From: Chiloscyllium plagiosum
Lineage: Eukaryota
Direction of reading: 5' to 3'
NCBI RefSeq assembly: GCF_004010195.1
Contig: NC_057718.1
Location: 77,578,339-77,612,114 of the forward strand
DNA length: 33,776 nt
The notes under the pieces are model-generated. The model was not told where the DNA came from. It searched no databases and saw only the letters and a program-made list of their open reading frames with translations. The translations under genes were made by a program, and so were the position numbers. Each line of letters opens with the position of its first letter. Within the stretch, counting starts at the first letter, position 1. Positions 23,721 to 33,776 of the stretch are shown here, piece by piece.

Positions 23721-25139
23721 GAGTAGGTTCCTAATATGTACAAGTGAATTTTAATCAGAAGAACATTGCTTTCAATGCTGGGACTGGAAGTGGATGTCAC
23801 TTCTGCTGATGTGTCAGGAGCTGTAATGCATACAATTTTGATGCAAATCATTGCTGCCTGTGGCAGGCATACTTTACATGTGTAATTACGTGATCAGGGT
23901 AGGCAGGAAGTATCCACCTCAACTATGAACTGACTCAATTCCAGGTCAGGCCCGTGAAGGATCCTGTCTTTGCAGGCAGGGAGGACCAAAAGGGAGCCTG
24001 CAGCCAGCTCCTTCACTTGTGTTAAACTTTATTTTAGATTCAAAGAGCAAAGTCTTCCTAGTCTCTGAACTACATGGGCAAATATGAGTCAGCAGGAAAA
24101 TATGGAAAGAGTGGAAAAATTTGATTATTGACAGTGAGAAAGCAATGTCCAATTTTCCACCAAGATATTAACAGTGTGATGAGAACCTTGTTAGTGAGCA
24201 GCAAGAAGCCTATTTGCATGAATTAACATTTCATTATTACCTAATCTCATCTCATTTATAACCAGACAGTGCCAATTTCTGAAATGAATGCCAGAGCAGG
24301 TACCTTGAAGCCTCAGCTTGCTGTTTGTCCCTCTGAGCCTCCATCTTCAACATCTCAAGACATGCTCCATGGGCTGTGACCATGTGCATCCTTCACCCAC
24401 AAAGGCTGACATCAACACCAGCATCTCCATATCATCATGACTCATCTCCAACTCTCTTTAGAATATAGTTCACTACTTCAAAACTGCACTTTGGAATACA
24501 CCCGACAGGGAAATGAGATGAAGCAGTTCATTTCTATCCTGCTGCCAGGCCACTTTGCACTCAGGGACAGGCACCCATCTCATTCATCGGTACAGGGTGC
24601 ACCTCAGGGTGTAGCTTCCTGTCTTAGCTTTGCACTAACTTGGATACTTACTGCATCGCAGTCTTGCCTTGCCCTTTATCAAAACCACATTCAAAACTTA
24701 CAGACTCCCAGTACTTCTATATTGCTTTGCCCTTAAGTACAGACATAAAACTGGATAGCTTTTCATGATAGTCAGCAGTCATCAGTTAAGGGGGTGGACG
24801 TGTTGCTGTATAGCACCACGCTATATCAATGTCAACCTGCAGCTTGTGTCAGTAGCTTATGTGGCAAACATGCTAAATGTGCCTCAACAAAATGGCATGT
24901 GTCAAAGTCTAAGGGAAGTAGTCCTTAGTCAGGTCAAGGGGGACTGTTGTCAGTCTGGGTATCCCACCACAGTCAGTGAAGAGCAGCATCTGATCTCAGC
25001 TGGGGGTTGGATAAAGGCAATCAATTGCTTGGAGGAGTCAGGGCCAAGGGGTCCTATCATTACAGTCCAGGGAGTCGCTAATGGTAAGACTGCAGGTTCA
25101 ATTCAATCAGTCTGGGAATTAGCAGCAAGTCTATTTGAA

Positions 25140-26285
25140 GTCTTAGACCACAGATGTAGGAGCAGAAGTGGACCTTTTGGCCAATCAGGTCTGCTCTGGC
25201 ATTTGATCATGACTGATCACAGACAGCACAGTGACTCAGTGGTTAACATTGTTGCCAGGTTCGATTCCAGCCTGGGGTGACTGTGTGCAATTTACTCAGT
25301 CTTCCCATGTCTGCAAGGGCTTTCACCAGGTGCTCTGATTTCCTCCCATGGTCCAAAGATGTACTGATTAGGAGGATTGACCACTGTTAAAAATTGCCCC
25401 ATAGTATGCAAGCTAGGTGCATTAGGGTTCTGGGGACAGGATGAGTGGGAATAGTTGGTCTGGGTGGGATGCTCTTTGGAAGATCGATGTAGACTTGATG
25501 GACTGAGTAGCCCCTTTCTATGATATGTTTCTCAACCCCATTCTCCTGCCTTCAGTGCCTTACTACTCAAGAACCTATCTATCTCTGCCTTTACAGCCTT
25601 CTGTGGCTATGAGTTCCACAGATTAACAACCCTCTGGCTGAAGAAATTCCCTCTCATCTCAGTTCTAAAGAGTCTTTCTTTCACTCTGAGGCTGTGCCTT
25701 TGGGTAGTAGTCTCTCCTACTAATGGACACTCTATCCAGGCCTCTCAGAATTCTGTAACTTTCATCCGTCAAAACTCCATCAAGTACAGACCCAGAATCC
25801 ACAACTATGCCTCATATAACAAGCTCTTCATTCAACATTCTTGTAAACCTTCTCTAGACACTCTCCAATGCCAGCACATCCTTCCTTTGATATGGGGCCC
25901 AAACCTGCACACAAAATTCCAAATTCAGTCTGATCATAGCCTTATTCAGCTCGAACAATATATCTCTCCTCTTGTAATCTAACCATCTTGAAATGAATAC
26001 TAAAATTTCACTTGTCCTCATAACTGTCAACTGAACCTGTATGTTAATCTGAAGAGAATCCTGAACTTTGACTCCTAATCCCTTTGATCTTCAGATTTCT
26101 GAAGCCTTTCCCCATTTAGAAACTAGTCTGCACTCTATTCTTCCTACCAAACCTTACACTATGCCATATTGTATTCCATCTGCCACTTGCCAATTCTTTT
26201 AGCCTGTCCATTCCCTTCTCATTTCCTCAACACTTTATCTCCTTCCACCAATCTCTGTGTCATCTGCAAACTTAGTAACAATGCT
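25140..26285 (-). mobile_element. Degenerate CR1-clade LINE 3' portion, interrupted by a V-SINE
   Basis: TAGGAGCAGAAGTGGACC tail; CTCTGGCTGAAGAAATTCC. GTGTCATCTGCAAACTT at about 26258-26274 is the minus-strand KFADDT motif. Confidence 0.8.
25222..25520 (+). mobile_element. Degenerate HE1-like V-SINE
   Basis: CAGCACAGTGACTCAGTGGTTAAC head, GGTTCGATTCC B box and V-domain-like GGTGCTCTGATTTCCTCCCATGGTCCAAAGATGT. Confidence 0.8.
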
Positions 26286-27506
26286 TGTTGGAGTCATCCA
26301 TGTCCAGCCGTATTGTGGACTCTGCTAAACCGTCAATGATATGTGATGATAAAGCTGAGTGCTCACATTACTCAGGACCTGTTCTGTTTCTGATATTTCC
26401 ATCATTGATTCACTGGAAATATGATTAATGGATGTAGCTATAACAAAGATTAAGACTGTTATTGCTGTGTTGCAATGAAGGCGCAGAGAAATTGAGGAGG
26501 AACAGCGATGTTAGCAAGTCCGGGACCAGCAGTAACCTCCACCAGCTGCCAAACAGCCTGCACATGAAACGGTCACAGCTGGAGGCCCCTGCAGGATGAG
26601 AAGGTTTTAGACACAGATCCTATTGTCTTCGATGCATTTCTTCCAGATGAGTGAGGCGCAATGCCAGCAGAGACTGAACATGTCACAGACCACCATCTCA
26701 GAACTGGATCAGCTATTGGAGCAGGACCTGCGACATGAAGAGTGGGTGGTCACCCTGGTGGCTGTCGAGGTTACAGCTGCAATAAAGTTTTGTGCAACTT
26801 GCTACTTGCAAGGATCCACTGGAGTCCTGTACGGAGTCACTCAATCCCCAACCCACAAATGTATTAAACTGCTTCATCTCATTTCCCCATAATAAGGTCA
26901 ACGCTGCAGCCCATACTGTTTTCCAGCTTGGAAAACATAGTTGGATTTTCCCAAAGGGCCAGGGCAGTACAAACTGTACACATGTGTTGATAGAACTATA
27001 TCATAAAGCAGCCTACTTCATTAACACTAAAAGGTTCCATTCACTGTACAATCATCTGTGATCGCGACTGCATCTTAGAGTTCTGTGCCAGGTAACCTAG
27101 AACCTGCCAGGGCGCCTTTCACCCTCGAGAATTCTCAGGCTCCTACTTCATTTCAAAGGCCTTGGTTAATGACTGTTATGCAAACCACTGACTGAAGCTG
27201 AAATACGAGGCAACGCATTATTCCACAAGAGTCATGCTGGAGCAGATGATAGGTCTGCTGAAGATGACATTTCAAGCCTGGATTAATCTGACGGGGTGCC
27301 TTTGCAGTATACTTTAGACAGAGTTTGCGTTGCAATCCTATCATGCTATGCTCTGTATAACTGTAGCAGGCAAAAAGGAGATGTCACAGAGACTGAAGCA
27401 GTCTTCCAAGGATGAAGATAAGGATGTTGAGGAGGAAGAATGTGATCTTAAGCATGATAGAGTGCTATGCTATCAGGCAGAACAAGCCAGACAGGATTTC
27501 ATTGGC

Positions 27507-28027
27507 TAGGAGAAGGTGAGGACTGCAGATGCTGGCGATCAGAGCTTAAAAATGTGTTGCTGGAAAAGTGCAGCAGGTCAGGCAGCATCACAGGGACAGG
27601 AGAATCGACGTTTCGGGCATAAGCTCTTCTTCAGGAATGAGGAGGGTGTGCCAAGCAGGCTAAGATAAAAGGTAGGGAGGAGGGACTTGGGGGAGGGGAG
27701 TTGGGAATACGATAGGTGGAAGGAGGTGAAGGTGAGGGTGATAGGCCAGAGAGGGGGTGGGGGAGGAGAGGTTGGGAAGAAGATTGCAGGTCAAGAAGGC
27801 AGTGCTGAGTCTGAGGGTTGGGACTGAGATAAGGTGAGGCGCTCTTCCTCCAGGCGCCTCATCTTCCACCTAGGAACCCTCCAACCACAAGGGATGATTG
27901 CAGATTTCTCCAGCTTTCTCATTTCTTCTCCCCTCACCTTTTCTCAGTCCCAACCCTCAGACTCAGCACCGTAACGTCGATTCTCCTGTTCCTTTGATGC
28001 TGCCTGACCTGCTGCGCTTTTCCAGGG
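27507..28027 (-). mobile_element. Fold-back PLE (family A) with internal deletions and a scrap of GIY-YIG C-terminus
   Basis: TSD TTTCATTGGC at 27497-27506 and 28028-28037. Inverted arms; RLIFHLGTLQPQGM at about 27856-27897 (+). Confidence 0.88.
27604..27637 (-). ncRNA. Minimal hammerhead ribozyme, core intact with one stem II mismatch
   Basis: The minus strand reads CTGAAGA-A-GAGC-TTAT-GCCC-GAAACGTC-GA. Confidence 0.7.
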
Positions 28028-28753
28028 TTTCATTGGCACTTGCTTCCAATAGATGTGAGTTGGGTGAGGTCAACATTCATTGGCTGCAAATTTGTTTGAA
28101 AGAAAAGCAGCCCAAGTTTATTTCGAGGAGCAAATGTAACATTTTTGTTCATCTTTTCTTTGCTTTTTCTGTTTAATAACAGTTAATGTTAACAACTGCT
28201 TGAGGGTTTAACTACATATTATACTCTCACATTGAACATCAGCAAGATGTTATGCTATGCTGGGTGTTAGGGAAAGAATAACCCTCCTTCAGACAGGGTT
28301 TTAACATTAAGGAAGAGTGATCTCTGTAGTTTCATTCTTGCATCTGCAATTACAATGACAAACAGGTGATGATGTCAAAGGCATACATATACAATTGTGA
28401 GATCTAATTTCCAACAAAGTGTAGCCCATGCCACCTATATAGCCTATGAGCTTATTTTATTTTTGTTTCCCTCCCACTATGTGTACTGTGAAGGGCATGT
28501 CCTGGTGGGCAGTGTTTGCACTGGCGCACAGCTGGGCCTAAATATAGTGCTAGTAGCACAAATTCTTTCTGCTGCTGTGGAGTGCTCATTAGCATGCACG
28601 TGGCACTGGGGAAGCACAGCTCATATATAATAGTGAATTATATAATTAATGAATTGTGTGAGAATTCACTTGAGCTCAAGGAGAGATGCTATCTATGAAA
28701 CTTCCAGAAATTGCCGATTTTTATATAATTCAGCCCAGAGCCCTTCATTCCTG

Positions 28754-28889
28754 GTGTGGAGGAGCCAGTGTTGGATTGGGGTGGACAAAGAGAAAAAATC
28801 AAACTACCTGATGAAGGAGCAGTACTCCAAAAGCTAGTGCTTCCAAATAAACCTGTTGGACTATAACCCGGTGTTGTGTGATTTTTTAT
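28754..28889 (-). mobile_element. Mini-PLE (family B) with an inverted segment carrying an HHR that has G12>A
   Basis: CTGATGAAGGAGCAGTACTCCAAAAGCTAGTG at 28808 (+). Flanks CTTCATTCCTG (28743-28753) and CTTCATTCTTG (28890-28900). Confidence 0.8.
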
Positions 28890-28900
28890 CTTCATTCTTG

Positions 28901-29430
28901 TTGACAGCTTCCAGAAAGTAACACTTCTCCTCAACCAAAGCATTTTCTTGGATCCCCCCATCATCTTACCCCGTTCATCCATGGCTGGATACAAAGTGGA
29001 GATGCCAGTGTTGGACTGGAGTGGACAAAGCCACAAATTAAAAGTTATATAATCCGGTGTACCTGTAGTGTTATTTTTGACTGGATACAAAGTATAATAG
29101 CATGGCTCAGCTACTTCTACCAAGACATTCTTGCCCAGGCCATCTGGAAACAGGAGGAGATGCTCTTCTTTAGCAATACAAATAGGAGACACTTCTCCTC
29201 GATCAAGCCAGTCTAAATGGAACTCCGATAGAGGTGTCAGACAGTGGAGAGGTCCATCCAAGGTCTGCATTCGGCCACAGTTCCAGCATGTATGTGCATG
29301 GCTTCTACCCAGGAAAGATAAGCAACTGCAGTGGAAAGGTAGGTCTGTCATATGACCCTTTTGGTCAAAGTCTTGCCATCCATCACTCTCAGCATGGGTT
29401 AGGTAAGGCAATATAAAGAAGAGCAAAGCA
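28901..29430 (-). mobile_element. Possible old L1/Tx1-type ORF2 C-terminal (CCHC) remnant
   Basis: ORF 28689..29426(-) contains CSC...SHAHTCWNC...GKNVLV, resembling the H-x-x-W-x-C knuckle. Highly decayed. Confidence 0.35.
28998..29080 (-). mobile_element. 83-bp mini-PLE (family B tail)
   Basis: GGAGATGCCAGTGTTGGACTGG tail. Perfect 13-bp TSD CTGGATACAAAGT at 28985-28997 and 29081-29093. Confidence 0.8.
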
Positions 29431-31060
29431 TCTGGATCTGCTTCTGGGTATTCCTTCCCCTAGGGATGCAAGGAGTTGTCATAGAGAAGAGTGGAGTTAG
29501 CCCCTTATCCTGGACCTCTTCTCAGGTACTCCCAGGATTTGTAGTTACATGTCATTGCCTCTACTGGTGATCCTAAAGCCACCCACAGGTGGCACTGAGA
29601 AGTATATCACTGTACCCATGCAGGATATCTCTGGTAGTTTGCAACCCAGAGTTCTCAGACCTCCAGATGATATCTGTTAAGGTCATTGCATACTTAGCAG
29701 CCTACCTCCTCATCTGATGCTTATGTCAGCATTGCACCAAGGCATAAGAGAAGTATTAAGACTTTATGAGGGCAAATCACATAGGGTATTGAGACTTTGT
29801 AAACTCATGCACATGGATATATATCATTTCATATTTTGTTTATTTTTCTCTTTCAGTGAACAAATTGCACTGTTATATTTCAAGTTTGGCTGAATAAAGG
29901 GGACCAAGGAATCTCTCACTTGTGAAGTTGACAATGTGATGAACTATTAGGGGTCAGTTACTATTGAATAATAGAGCATGTACTGTGATTTATATCTTCA
30001 GGGCAATACAACATTGCCGAACATGCAGCATCAGTTAGCTTTCCCATAAGAGGCTTGCCAAGAAGATTGATGCTACACATGAGCATGAGGTGTGGTGTTT
30101 ATGCATGTACTTATAAACCTGATATGGGGAAGGATCAAAAACATAGCTCATAACAGCTTCAAGCACTTATGAAGTGCCGCCTTCTCTGATGTAGACTTGT
30201 CATGTATGGTTTGACTTCCTCCCTTGAACATACAGGACCAGAACTGTACAATAATGACTTTGGCAATATGTTTCTTTCCAGTTGGAGAGTCAACAGACTC
30301 CTCAATGGTACCTACAAGGAGATTATGAGCTCAACTTACCAATGACTTGCTATGATCCGTTTGCCACAGTTAAACTTTATCATTGATGACATAACTCTTT
30401 CTACCCTACCTTCAGATAAATTACAAACTACAATCCTTCAAGGCAACATTCACCCTCAAACATAACATGGCACCTCTTTGGCCCTATGTGATCTATGTAG
30501 GTCAGAATGATTTGATTAAGAAATTGAACATCAATAAGTGCTTCATTTCTCATACAACTACAGTCTTCATGAATAACAGCGCATAAGTACACATTTCCCC
30601 TCAGGACAAGAATTTCAAAAGGGAACATAACGTAGAAAAAACATTAATCGTGTTTGCAATCCCGCCCAGTCCCAGGGGAGTCAGCATTTGACTCTATCCT
30701 GATTCACACACATTTCTGGCATTTATCTTTTAAATTCCATTTTATCCATTGGTGTGTTGATCTGATGTCTGCATGGAGTTTTGTGGCAGGAATTCCAGCT
30801 TTAAGCAGCATATTGTGGTTATCATATTTGGCATTGTAGAATAACAACATTACATGAGTAACTGCTGTCAGCTTTTTATCATTAGCTAGATTCCAAAAAA
30901 ACAGAGTTGATTGTTCAGGGATTTGTACTACTCTGACCTAGCACAAGGAATGCTTAAGCATTCATAAAATGGTGGCCTGGATCTTCTGGCCAACAGTGGC
31001 TGCTAATGATGGCAATGAAATATGTGGCATTTCTTTTTAGAACATTGCAGTAATCATCAG

Positions 31061-31181
31061 GAAGGGCCTATGCCTGAAACGTCAATTCTCCTGCTCCTCG
31101 GATGCTGCCTGACCTGCTGTGCTTTTCAAGCACCACACTCTCAACTCTGACTCCAGCATCTGCAGTCCTCACTTTCTCCTA
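31061..31181 (+). mobile_element. PLE family A 3' tail truncated inside the HHR
   Basis: GAAGGGCCTATGCCTGAAACGTC...CCAGCATCTGCAGTCCTCACTTTCTCCTA. Confidence 0.85.
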
Positions 31182-32759
31182 GGTGAGGAGAATGGTATCA
31201 AGAAAATCCTCCACTTTAATGTCACTAGCTCAAGTAACTCCCCTTAAGGCCAGCATGTTCGTGGTGTTATTGAGTATTTTTTGAAGTTGCAAAGGGCTTT
31301 TTCTTAATATTCTAATCTTTGAAAAATGTTTAATGCTTCAATAAGTTGAAGATAATTAACATTTTTTTTCAACAGTTTGAGTTATGGCAAATGTAAATTG
31401 TCCCATGTATTTATTGCAGAGCTATTTAGGCATTAATGCTGAGACAGCTGTCTTTCAACTTTGCTAATTGTTTCTTCTTCTTATGTGATGGAAATGAGGC
31501 AAGCACAAGCCACCATATCTACTTACATCACAGGAAGATATGAAAATCAACTGGGCGTATTTTCAAAACTACAAAGGCTGGTTTGGACAAAGCACAAAGA
31601 CAGCACCATAAGAGATAGAAATCAAACTCATTGGGCCTATGTTTCCAGTGATTACAAGCTGTCCCACTCACAACTTTGACAAAGACAGATCATCAGCAGG
31701 TAATCAATGGGTGAAGAATGAAAAGAGGCTAGTATTAGGCACTCTATATTAAGCAAAATTGGGACCACAGGACTAGCCTCATTGGACAATACCAGGGAAT
31801 GGCAAAAATAAGTGATACAGACAGAAAATTCCAAATCTCTAAAGACAGGAGAGAGGCCCCCGTCTTTTGTATTTACTTTATATACTAAAATTGTGTTGAA
31901 ATGGTGCTTTGTTCCAGGAGATCCAAAAGAGCAGATCAAAGGTTGTGATAACAAGCTGGAGCAGACATATAATTAGAGATCGAGGGTAAACTTTAAAGCT
32001 AATTACAGAACCGGTAAGATAGATTGATATTTATCTCAGGAGGCCTAAGCAATGCAGGATAATGCCTGTAAATATGTTTGTACTAAGGACGATGTAATCA
32101 ATCATGCACAATCATCTTATAAACTTGACTTCTTCAGTGCACAGTAGATTGGAATGGTATCTAAAAATTAGGTACCACGGTGCCTGATTTAGGCATTTTA
32201 TGTCAACCTAACAATTGGAAATGGAGTGCAATGTATATGTGCACTCTTCAAATAGAAACCAGCTTAAAAGTGGATTATGGATGCCAAAACAATTGCCAAG
32301 AGAATGCAAAGCAAGCAGATTATATTTCAGATCAGTGTGCAATGCTGATTTGACACCAACACTGCTATTTTCGATTGCACAGCCAAGAATGTGCCAAACA
32401 CAATGTTGAACATTATTAAAGACCTCCCCACCAGTGTTATTTAAAGCAATCATGAACTACTTACAGTTTAGTTGTAACTGTTACAGCAACTGTCTGTATT
32501 TGGTGTTTCTAATACTTGTATGAAGTTTAAGGACTACAGACAGTGGTCTGGCTTGTCTTGAAATATATTTTTAATGACTTAAAATCTTGTTCTGCAATAA
32601 GTTCCTTCAAGACCCCAGTGCTCTAATTGGCTCCTGCTGGGAATTGAACATGACTGGGAGAATAAGAGAGGCCACACCAAGCAAGACAAGCAACTACAAG
32701 AGGGAGATAGAGAAGGGACATCAGCAGCAACCAATACAAGAGAAGAGTTCACTTCATTA

Positions 32760-33350
32760 TAGGCAGTGTGAATGGAAGCTGCAGCCACATTCACAATCTG
32801 AAATCAGGATAAGGGCCATTTTCTTTGACTGTCAAGGTGATTATGGCTCTTAGATTTTGTTCAATTGGCTCCTTCTAGGCAGCTACAGAAAATATGAGCA
32901 AATATCTCTGAGGCCCTCTATACACAGAGGGGTAGTTCCATCTTGTTGCAGAGATAAGCAGTTGGAATTAATGTAACGATTTGCAAAAGCTGCAGTTTTG
33001 CCACGGTGCAGGGTTCCATTGACTGTCTGCACATTGCTTTTAATGTGCGTCTTGTGAACTGCAAGGGAGTCCACTTCCTCAATGTCTCTCAAGCAGGACA
33101 ACATACAGGTGAATGCCCATTATCCTGACAGTAGTCATGATTAATTCATTTTGCACCAATATTCTGTACCACCTATACTTGACCTACCCCATCAAGTCAA
33201 AGCCTGGATATTGGGTGACAAAGATTATGCACATATGACATGCTTTATTAATCTGGTCAGGAACACACATGCATGTGCATGGCAGGCCTACAGTGATAGC
33301 CATGTTAGCACAAGGAACTTTATAGAACAAACCAGTAGCTTGCATGAGCA
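32760..33350 (+). pseudogene. Third decayed PIF/Harbinger DDE transposase
   Basis: LTVKVIMALRFCSIGSF; VQGSIDCLHIA; QVNAHYPDSSHD*FIL; AWILGDKDY; SHVSTRNFIEQT. All DDE motif regions are recognisable. Confidence 0.85.
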
Positions 33351-33506
33351 ATCCGCCCAAACTCAGGATTCCACTAGAGTAGCATTGCCATACAGTGTTG
33401 GGAACAAACTGACCTTCTAATCAGATTTGTAGGCCTTGGGGACTGGGGGCAAGCAGGCCCCGGAAACAGTACAACTTGTTGTTGAAGGCAGAGGTGGAGG
33501 TTTGTT

Positions 33507-33776
33507 AGAACATAGAACATAGAACATAGAACAATACAGCACAGAACAGGCCCTTCGGCCCACGATGTTGTGCCGAACATTTGTCCGAGCTTAAGCACCC
33601 ATCCATGTACCTATCCAATTGCTGCTTAAAGGTCACCAATGATTCTGACTCTGCCACTCCCACAGGCAGCGCATTCCATGCCCCCACCACTCTGTGGGTA
33701 AAGAACCTACCCCTGACATCCCCCCTATACCTTCCACCCTTCACCTTAAATTTATGTCCCCTTGTAACACTCTGTT
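33507..33776 (-). mobile_element. Young CR1-clade LINE 3' end with (AGAACAT)n tail, running off the right edge
   Basis: AGAACAT x3, then ACAGCACAGAACAGGCCCTTCGGCCC. The minus strand reads RGDVRGRFFTHRVVGAWNALP...FKQQLDRYM. Confidence 0.93.

Larger units (their letters stand above)
26623..28052 (+). pseudogene. Decayed PIF/Harbinger DDE transposase with a PLE inserted near its stop codon
   Basis: FFQMSEAQCQQRL...VAVEVTAAIKFCAT...QGSTG; FPKGQGSTNCTHV...FINTKRFHSL; HYSTRVMLEQMIGLLKM...LQYTLDRV...CYALYN. It ends ARQDFIGTCFQ* once the PLE and one TSD are removed. Confidence 0.85.

Noticed and set aside
23745..25135. Possible left part of the Harbinger element whose transposase starts at 26623, including ORF 24765..25280
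   Set aside because: No TIR or clear protein motif could be established.
28689..29426. 245-aa minus-strand ORF as a real gene
   Set aside because: Chimeric read-through across two PLE insertions and decayed LINE-like sequence.
29840..30095. Acceptor-like sites (TTTTTCTCTTTCAG at about 29856; TATCTTCAG at about 30001)
   Set aside because: No strong matching donor or recognisable peptide.
9945..31181. Recurring GATGCTGCCTGACCTGCTG / CCAGCATCTGCAGT motifs as a CRISPR-like array
   Set aside because: They are dispersed, in both orientations, with TSDs and no regular spacers, so they are PLE termini in a eukaryotic genome.

Overview
Eukaryotic, repeat-rich, essentially non-genic DNA, most likely from a shark or other cartilaginous fish (inferred from HE1-like V-SINEs, a DeuSINE-like relic and the CR1/Penelope families present). 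It has two assembly gaps and no intact protein-coding gene, and most ORF-track entries are noise or transposon debris. Contents: several CR1-clade LINE fragments, an older degenerate LINE family, tRNA-derived SINEs, two solo LTRs, three decayed PIF/Harbinger transposase genes, and about a dozen Penelope-like element (PLE) insertions from at least three families. The most distinctive signal is the set of short non-coding PLE fold-back insertions. They have 10-16 bp target-site duplications (TSDs), usually an unpaired tail of about 31-38 nt, and minimal hammerhead ribozyme (HHR) motifs. Two HHR cores look intact (6364-6391 +, 27607-27634 -), while most others are altered at a CpG that contains the catalytic G12. 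Two short candidate host exons (2003-2062 +, 19697-19739 -) could not be assigned to a gene. Family names come from recalled similarity, not database searches.
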